From NCBI GenBank assembly GCA_963674695.2, contig CAXXGI010000001.1, positions 576,001 to 640,000 of the forward strand: 64,000 nucleotides of DNA. Reading direction: 5' to 3'. The notes below the pieces were generated by a model that saw nothing but the letters and a program-made list of their open reading frames with translations, made no database searches and was not told the DNA's origin. Source of the stretch: a bacterium (GTDB lineage: Bacteria; UBA10199; 2-02-FULL-44-16; JAAZCA01). Both the position numbers and the translations under genes were made by a program. Shown in pieces: positions 58,180-64,000 of the stretch. How positions within the stretch are numbered: the stretch's first letter is position 1; each line of letters begins with the position of its first letter.

Positions 58180-58749
58180 TTACGGCGCGGGAATCGCGGA
58201 CGATCCCCCATCGAGCACCTCCCAGACCGCCGGCGTCGTGGAGTGGGAGACCTTGCAGTCTTCCGCATTGGTATAGAGCGCGGCCGAATCGATGATGTGA
58301 TCTCGATCGGCGCTGAGCCCGCCGACGACTTCCTTCAGAAATGACTGATGCTGCGCGGCTACATCGGCGTCATTCGCGATACAACCCAGTCCCACAATCA
58401 TCATGTCGATAACGACATTGGCCGAGCAGAAAGTCCACTCGCTCCCATCCGCCTTCTTCGCCGTCATGCTCCAGAGTTTGGTCGCATTGTCATAGATCAG
58501 CACCGTGCGCCCGCCGTCGAAGAGACCGATGTCCACTTCACTATCGACCGCAATCTCCAGGCGATAACCGGAAGACGTCGCCTGCCCCTCGATGTCGAAG
58601 CTGTCGACGAAGAGGTCGTTTCTGCCGCAGGCAGCCGTCACACACTTTTCGTTGTGCCCGCTCTCGCAGCGATCGACCGGCTCAAAATCGACGCCGCTAT
58701 AATTCAGGGAAAAGGACTCCGGAAACCTGCTCATTTCCATATCCGACAT
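58180..58749 (-). CDS. Hypothetical acidic protein
   Basis: AAGGAGG RBS; ends 30 nt before the start of 56308..58149, so probably co-transcribed. Confidence 0.6.
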   Translation of the reverse strand: MSDMEMSRFPESFSLNYSGVDFEPVDRCESGHNEKCVTAACGRNDLFVDSFDIEGQATSSGYRLEIAVDSEVDIGLFDGGRTVLIYDNATKLWSMTAKKADGSEWTFCSANVVIDMMIVGLGCIANDADVAAQHQSFLKEVVGGLSADRDHIIDSAALYTNAEDCKVSHSTTPAVWEVLDGGSSAIPAP

Positions 58750-58893
58750 AACCGCCTCCTTGGACGTGTGGGCGCCGGTTTGCGCCGTTTGCGGAGGGGG
58801 GGTACCATAGGTTGCGTCGGATAATCAAGTGGAGAATTGCCAAAATTGAACTGTCACCGCCGTGGGAAGCGATCTTGCAACCTACTGATAATA

Positions 58894-59901
58894 CTACATA
58901 TTATTGACAACCGAACCGTCCTCGATCGGGAAAAAGGCCTCGATATGGGCCTGTATCTGAGCGGGCGTGGTCGCTGTGTGGAGATCGCGCAGGAAAAGCT
59001 TCACGCCGGGAATCCCCTTGGCATACCAGGGAAGCATCTGGCGCATCTGCAGGACGGCGTAGTGTTCGCCGAGAAAGTCGATCAACAGGTTCATATGACG
59101 CAGCGCCATCGCGCCGCGCTCGGCGAGCGTCGGCGGCGCGGCATCCGGATCGAGGATCTGCTGGAAGATCCAGGGATTGCCCACCGCCGCGCGACCGATC
59201 ATGACGCCGTCGCAAGCGGTCTCCTGCATCAGGCGCAGCGCATCGGCGCGCGAACGAACATCGCCGTTGCCGATCACCGGGATGGAGAGTGCCGTCTTGA
59301 CGGCGGCGATGACCGACCAGTCGGCCGTGCCGGAAAAACCCTGCATGCGGGTGCGGCCATGCACCGCGACCGCATCGGCCCCCTCCTCCTGCGCGATGCG
59401 CGCGATCAGGGCGGCGTTGATCGAATCCGCATCCCATCCGGAACGGATCTTCACCATCAGCGGAAGCCTGGTCGCCGCGCGCACCGCCGCGACGATGGCG
59501 CGCACGAGATCCGGCGTCTTCATCAGCGCCGCGCCCGCCCCCTTCTTGCAGACCTTCGGCACGGGGCACCCCATGTTGATGTCGATACAGTCGATCGGTT
59601 CATCCGCGATGATTCTCGCCGCCTCGGCGATCGCCGCCGCCTCGTTCCCAAAGAGCTGTACGCCAAAGGGGCGCACCGCTGCATCGTTGGAAAAATAGCG
59701 CCGCGTTCGCTCCTGCGCCTGCAAGACCCCCTTGGCCGCGACCATCTCCGAGATCGCCAGGGCACAGCCCTGCTCCATCGCGAGCAGACGATACGGAAGG
59801 GAGGAGAGCCCCGCCAGGGGTGCCGCAATCAGGTTGTTGCGCAATTGAAGCGAGCCGATGGCGATCGAGGGAAAATCGCATTGTTCGGATGTCGATGACA
59901 T
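58894..59901 (-). CDS. dusB: tRNA-dihydrouridine synthase DusB
   Basis: AAPLAG, SEMV, QLFG, IDINMGCPVPKV..GAGAALM, VKIRSGWD, HGRTR.Q, GNGDV, MIGRAA.GNPWIF. Confidence 0.95.
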   Translation of the reverse strand: MSSTSEQCDFPSIAIGSLQLRNNLIAAPLAGLSSLPYRLLAMEQGCALAISEMVAAKGVLQAQERTRRYFSNDAAVRPFGVQLFGNEAAAIAEAARIIADEPIDCIDINMGCPVPKVCKKGAGAALMKTPDLVRAIVAAVRAATRLPLMVKIRSGWDADSINAALIARIAQEEGADAVAVHGRTRMQGFSGTADWSVIAAVKTALSIPVIGNGDVRSRADALRLMQETACDGVMIGRAAVGNPWIFQQILDPDAAPPTLAERGAMALRHMNLLIDFLGEHYAVLQMRQMLPWYAKGIPGVKLFLRDLHTATTPAQIQAHIEAFFPIEDGSVVNNM

Positions 59902-59909
59902 GGCGTTTC

Positions 59910-60052
59910 CTATAGAGTTCCTGTCCAGAAAAGGGCTTTTGTTGTCATTCCCGCGAAGGCGGGAATCCCGAAGCACTTGAAAAATCGAGATTCCCGCCTT
60001 CGCGGGAATGACAAAAATCGGAAAAATCGCCTTTTCCGAGCAGGAACTATAG
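59910..60052. mobile_element. REP doublet enclosed by imperfect outer inverted repeats (REPIN/MITE-like)
   Basis: CTATAGAGTTCCTGTCCAGAAAAGG...[REP doublet 59943-60013]...CCTTTTCCGAGCAGGAACTATAG. Confidence 0.7.
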
Positions 60053-60109
60053 GAGATGCGGACGCGAGGCGCAACCCCGAGCAAATTCAACGCATGTTTC
60101 TTGAAAGCG

Positions 60110-60250
60110 TGGCCTTCCCGCCAGCTCTCCGAGCGGCTTCTTCGAGCGCCGCCTTCACAAGCCTCCAATCCCGCGGCGCGAAGAAGAGCAGGCGACGAGC
60201 CGGCGTTTGAGGCGAGGAGCCGTAAGCGAGGAGAGCTGGCGGGAAGGCCA
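60110..60250. repeat. Element with 21-bp perfect inverted repeats
   Basis: TGGCCTTCCCGCCAGCTCTCC ... GGAGAGCTGGCGGGAAGGCCA, 99-nt core, between maf and dusB. Confidence 0.65.
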
Positions 60251-60265
60251 TGCCGTACGACGACT

Positions 60266-60850
60266 TCACGCAGAAGCTGCGCGAAGCATGCGCAGGAGGG
60301 TGGGGATCGAGATGCCGATGACGTTGGTGAAGCAGCCGCGCACCTCATCGATGAGCGCCGCGCCCTTGCCCTGAATGGCATAGGCGCCGGCGCGCCCCTT
60401 CCATTCGCCGGTGGCGAGATACCAATCGATCATGCCGTCATCGAGCGAGGAAAAACGCACCGTCGTCGCGGTCACCTCGACATCGATCGTAGCCGAAGCG
60501 ATATCGCGCAGGGCGATGGCGCTGGCGACCTGATGCTCGCAACCGGAGAGGCGTTTCAGGATGGCGCGCGCATCCTCGCGGTCGCGCGGTTTACCGATGA
60601 TGGCGCCATCGATCCCGATGGCGGTGTCGACGGCGATGATGACCGCATCGAGCGCGGGCGGCACGATCGCCTCGGCCTTCTGACGTGCCAGTCGCTCGAC
60701 ATAGGCGGCAACCTTCTCGTCATCCTGCGGCGATTCATCGATAGAGGCGACATCGGGAATGAAAGAAAAGCCCGCCTCGGCCACGAGCCGTCGTCGTGCC
60801 GGAGAAGCGGTGGCAAGGACCAAGGGACGCGTGAAAGGAATGATGGCCAT
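60266..60850 (-). CDS. maf: Maf family nucleoside triphosphate pyrophosphatase
   Basis: LATASPARR, IDES, LARQKA, DT...DG.IIGKP, LSG.EH.V, AGAYAIQG, G.F.NVIG. Confidence 0.92.
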   Translation of the reverse strand: MAIIPFTRPLVLATASPARRRLVAEAGFSFIPDVASIDESPQDDEKVAAYVERLARQKAEAIVPPALDAVIIAVDTAIGIDGAIIGKPRDREDARAILKRLSGCEHQVASAIALRDIASATIDVEVTATTVRFSSLDDGMIDWYLATGEWKGRAGAYAIQGKGAALIDEVRGCFTNVIGISIPTLLRMLRAASA

Positions 60851-60973
60851 GGGCGCACCATGCCGCGAGCGCGGAGGAAACGCAAGATGCTCAAGGAGTT
60901 CGTTTTTATTGTCGTTTCGACCTGTTCGCGCTACACTGCATATGGTTCACGGTTCACGGTTCACGGAGGATCT

Positions 60974-61195
60974 ATGTCTCATGAAATCGACGCGAAGGGG
61001 CTGCGCTGCCCTCGCCCCATCATCGAACTGGCAAAAGCCAAGCGCACGCTGCCCAAGGGCGAAGAAATCCACATCATCGCCGACGATCCCGCCTTCGACA
61101 GCGACGTCCGCGCCTGGTGCGACACCACCGGATGCACCATCGTCTCGCTCGAGAAAGAGGGCGACGTCGTCACCGCTGTCATCACGCTGAAGTGA
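60974..61195 (+). CDS. tusA: TusA/SirA family sulfur carrier
   Basis: IDAKGLRCPRPI (CPxP), IIADDPAF..DV.AWC; GGAGG RBS. Confidence 0.92.
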   Translation: MSHEIDAKGLRCPRPIIELAKAKRTLPKGEEIHIIADDPAFDSDVRAWCDTTGCTIVSLEKEGDVVTAVITLK

Positions 61196-61205
61196 AAGGC
61201 CCTCC

Positions 61206-61751
61206 ATGACCTCGGTCGACACCACATCGCTCGAATCGCGACTCGCCGCAGTGGAAGAGCGCCTAAAAAAATGCTCTCCCTCAAAACGCTCGGTGAGCAT
61301 CGTCTGCTTCTCGGGCGAATTCGACCGGCTCTACGCCGCCTTCACCATCGCCGTGGGCGCGGCCAGCATGGATGCACGCGTACGGATGTTCTTCACCTTC
61401 TGGGGCTCGCAAGCGATGTGCCCCGTCATCGGCACCTGGAAACCCAATACCCTCCTGCAACGCCTCTTCGGGTGGGTGATGCCCCACGGCATCAAGAGCC
61501 TGCCGCTTTCACGCATGAACTTCTGGGGACTGGGCCCGTGGCTGATGCGCCGCATGATGAACAAGAAGGGCATCGAGAGCCTTGAAACGCTCATTCAGAG
61601 CACGCGTGAGATGGGCGTTGAGTTCCGTCTCTGCGACACCTCCGCCGATATGCTCGGGCTGTCCACCTGTGCGGGGGGTGAAACCAGCAGCTGCGGGGTC
61701 GCCACCTTCGTCACCGACGCCATGAGCGACGACCTCGTCCTCTTCATCTGA
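61206..61751 (+). CDS. DsrE/DsrF/DrsH-like (DrsE_2) protein
   Basis: SIVCFSGEFDR, MFFTFWG, LSRMNFWGLG..MMNKKG..SLE.LI, GV...LCDTSADMLGL, GVATF, LFI. Confidence 0.88.
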   Translation: MTSVDTTSLESRLAAVEERLKKCSPSKRSVSIVCFSGEFDRLYAAFTIAVGAASMDARVRMFFTFWGSQAMCPVIGTWKPNTLLQRLFGWVMPHGIKSLPLSRMNFWGLGPWLMRRMMNKKGIESLETLIQSTREMGVEFRLCDTSADMLGLSTCAGGETSSCGVATFVTDAMSDDLVLFI

Positions 61752-61771
61752 CACCGAAAAAGGAGATCGCC

Positions 61772-62161
61772 ATGACTGCCACAAACGACCGCCTGCTCAT
61801 CATCCTCAGCACGGGCAAACAGGACCACGGCGCCAAAGCCACGCTCGCGTTTGCATTCGCCTGTTCGGCCCTCTCCATGGGATCAGAGGTGGCACTCTAT
61901 GTCACGATGGATGGCACGATCTGGGGCCTCAAGGAATCGACGCGCGGAATCCAACTTCCTGGATTCGACTCGTTGGAAACCTATGTCGAACAATTCGAGG
62001 AACTCGGCGGAAAGATCTTCGTCTGTCCGCCCTGCATGGAGTACTACTGCAGCATCAGCGAAGACGATGCGAAGAAGGGCATGCGCGACGGGGCGAAGAT
62101 CACCGGCATGGCGACGGCCTATCACTTCATCTCGGACCACGGTCGCGTCGTGACGTTCTGA
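61772..62161 (+). CDS. DsrE family protein
   Basis: KATLAF..A.SA, LYVTMDG, F.ELGGKIFVCPPC, G.A. Confidence 0.85.
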   Translation: MTATNDRLLIILSTGKQDHGAKATLAFAFACSALSMGSEVALYVTMDGTIWGLKESTRGIQLPGFDSLETYVEQFEELGGKIFVCPPCMEYYCSISEDDAKKGMRDGAKITGMATAYHFISDHGRVVTF

Positions 62162-62195
62162 CGAAACAACCGTTTTCCAGGAGAAGCCTTTTTCC

Positions 62196-63191
62196 ATGGA
62201 TACGAACGAACGACTCCAACAAGACGTGAAAGAACTGAAACGCCGCATCACGGAAATGGCCACCACCAATGCCCATGCGGCGGAGATCGTGGCCGAGCTC
62301 GAACAGAGCAAGGCCAAGATCCAGACGCTCAACGAACGGATGGCACAGACCACCGCCGAGGGCGCGGAACTCCTGGCGGAGATCGAGCAGAAGAACAAGG
62401 AGCTCGCCCGCGCCGCGGCCATGGGCGCGGAACTCACCGCAGAAGTCGAACTCCAGCAGGAACAGCTCGAGCAGCAAAACGAACGCCTCCAAGAACTCAA
62501 CGATGAGAAAAATCGGTTTCTTGGAATCGCCGCGCACGACATCCGCAACGGCATCGCCATCATCGACATGCAGACCGACTTGGTCCTCAAGATCTATAAA
62601 GATCTGGAGCCAAAAGCGATTGAAGCCCTCACCAAGGTGCGCAAGCACTGCAAGACGCTGACCAGTCTCGTCAACGATACACTCGACGTCTCGCGCATCG
62701 ACGAGGGGAAGATGGATCCAAATTTTCGGGAAGAGTCGCTGGCCGCACTCGCCATGGAAATCGCCGAGCTCTTTCGCATCGCGGCTGAGAGTAAAGGACA
62801 GACATTTATTACCGATATCCCGAAGGATCTGCCCCCCGTCCTGATGGACCACGGGATGATCGGTCAGGTCATCAGCAACTTCATCTCGAACGCCATCAAG
62901 TTTACGCCCGCGGATGGGCGCATCACCGTGCGCACGGGGCAAAAAGACGACCAGCTCTTCGTCGCCGTGAGCGACACGGGTCCGGGACTGACGGAAGAAG
63001 ATCTGCGGATGGCCTTCGGTACCTTCTGCAAACTCTCGGCGCAACCGACGGCCGGAGAAAAGAGTCATGGCCTGGGATTGGCGATCACCAAGAAACTCAT
63101 CACGATTCACAACGGCACCATCGGCGCCGAGAACAACGCCGACGGCGGCGCCACCTTTCAGTTCTCCATCCCGCTGAAGCAACCGGGGTGA
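62196..63191 (+). CDS. Cytoplasmic histidine kinase with repetitive coiled-coil N-terminus and no recognisable sensor domain
   Basis: H-box AAHDIRN, N-box NFISNAIKFT, G1 DTGPG, F-box, G2 GLGLAI; three AxxAE(I/L)xAE(L/I/V)E repeats; no TM. Confidence 0.9.
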   Translation: MDTNERLQQDVKELKRRITEMATTNAHAAEIVAELEQSKAKIQTLNERMAQTTAEGAELLAEIEQKNKELARAAAMGAELTAEVELQQEQLEQQNERLQELNDEKNRFLGIAAHDIRNGIAIIDMQTDLVLKIYKDLEPKAIEALTKVRKHCKTLTSLVNDTLDVSRIDEGKMDPNFREESLAALAMEIAELFRIAAESKGQTFITDIPKDLPPVLMDHGMIGQVISNFISNAIKFTPADGRITVRTGQKDDQLFVAVSDTGPGLTEEDLRMAFGTFCKLSAQPTAGEKSHGLGLAITKKLITIHNGTIGAENNADGGATFQFSIPLKQPG

Positions 63192-63226
63192 AGGGCTCTC
63201 CCTCTCAAACGGAAACAGGCGTCATC

Positions 63227-63625
63227 CTACAGGACCTTGCGCGGAGGGGGTGCACCTGTGGGGCCGGGCAGATGCTTCCGGATGAGCTTGAGCAGCTGAT
63301 CTTGATCGATCGGTTTTTCCAGATAGGCCGCCGCCCCCAAACCCTGCATCATCCGCTCACCGCGATCCGAGGCGATCGCCGTCACCACGATGATGGGAAT
63401 ATCCCAAAACGCGGCGTCGGCCTTGAGCGTTCGGCAAAACTGATAGCCGTCCATGGTCGGCATCATGATGTCGAGGAGGATCAGATCGGGCTTCTCATAG
63501 CGCATCTGCTTGATGGCCTCATCCCCATCCTTGGCCGTGGAGACCTCGAACCCCTTGAATCGGAGATAGTCCTGCATCAACTCCAAATAGGTCGGTTCAT
63601 CGTCGATGATCAGGATGCGCGTCAT
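63227..63625 (-). CDS. Stand-alone response regulator receiver
   Basis: ILIIDDE, LLDIMMPTMDG, IVVTA, YLEKP. Confidence 0.92.
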   Translation of the reverse strand: MTRILIIDDEPTYLELMQDYLRFKGFEVSTAKDGDEAIKQMRYEKPDLILLDIMMPTMDGYQFCRTLKADAAFWDIPIIVVTAIASDRGERMMQGLGAAAYLEKPIDQDQLLKLIRKHLPGPTGAPPPRKVL

Positions 63626-63791
63626 GTGCCGTCCCCCCGTTGCTGTGGCCTGCCTCACGTCGTTATTCCCCTTCTGAAAAAAATATCAACCCCTTCTTCA
63701 GTTTATCGAAGCAGGCGTGGCCGGAAACGGCAAAATACTTGATTTTGCACGCGTTTGCCCCTACATTCGGCACACACACAAGGAGAAGAAA

Positions 63792-64000
63792 ATGACACTC
63801 AAAGCCGCGATATTCGACCTGGACGGCGTAGTCGTCGACACGGTCCCCATTCACTTCAAGGCATGGAAGCGCATGTTCAATGAATACGGCGTCGACTTTT
63901 CCTTCGATGACTACAAACAAAAGGTCGATGGCATCCCGCGCATGGATGGAGCGCGGGCGGTGCTCACCGATCTCGATCAGGAGGAGTTGGAAGAAGCAGC
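63792..64000 (+). CDS. Beta-phosphoglucomutase-like HAD hydrolase (runs off the window)
   Basis: MTLKAAIFDLDGVVVDTVPIHFKAWK...DGIPRMDG; AGGAG RBS. Confidence 0.85.
   Translation, partial: MTLKAAIFDLDGVVVDTVPIHFKAWKRMFNEYGVDFSFDDYKQKVDGIPRMDGARAVLTDLDQEELEEA

Noticed and set aside
58894-60381. 495-aa dusB, and similarly extended ORFs for the S66 peptidase, fbaB, tusA, the kinase at 29694 and the NifX gene at 42459
   Set aside because: The N-terminal extensions run through repeats or neighbouring genes; family homology starts at the downstream ATGs used here.

Overview
GC-rich (about 60% by eye) bacterial chromosomal window. Gene content suggests a deltaproteobacterial or Myxococcota/Bdellovibrionota-like lineage (inference from a MYXO-CTERM-like surface protein and myxobacterial-type Cys repeats). 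Housekeeping and metabolic genes include trkA/trkH, gpmA, fbaB, a bifurcating-type ETF with ETF:QO, class II photolyase, trxA, dusB, maf, tRNA-Glu(CUC) and a DUF134/DUF5320/NifX/ATPase/IscU/radical SAM cluster. These are interleaved with many orphan genes. Main highlights: (1) a glutamate dehydrogenase homologue lacking all three active-site lysines, translationally coupled to a PPDK_N-type ATP-grasp protein and followed by a lone receiver; (2) a TusA-DsrE-DsrE-sensorless histidine kinase operon with a convergent receiver; (3) a twice-repeated convergent pair of orphan genes, with a sigma28-type promoter on one gene and a sigma54-type promoter on the other in both copies; (4) seven sigma28-like promoters, all in front of orphan or surface genes; (5) a duplicated non-coding element of about 150 nt; (6) a thaumatin-like lipoprotein and a stand-alone JAB protein; (7) several nested REP/MITE-like palindromic elements. 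No CRISPR array, rRNA, integrase, transposase or reverse transcriptase was seen. All calls come from motif reading by eye; no database searches were run.
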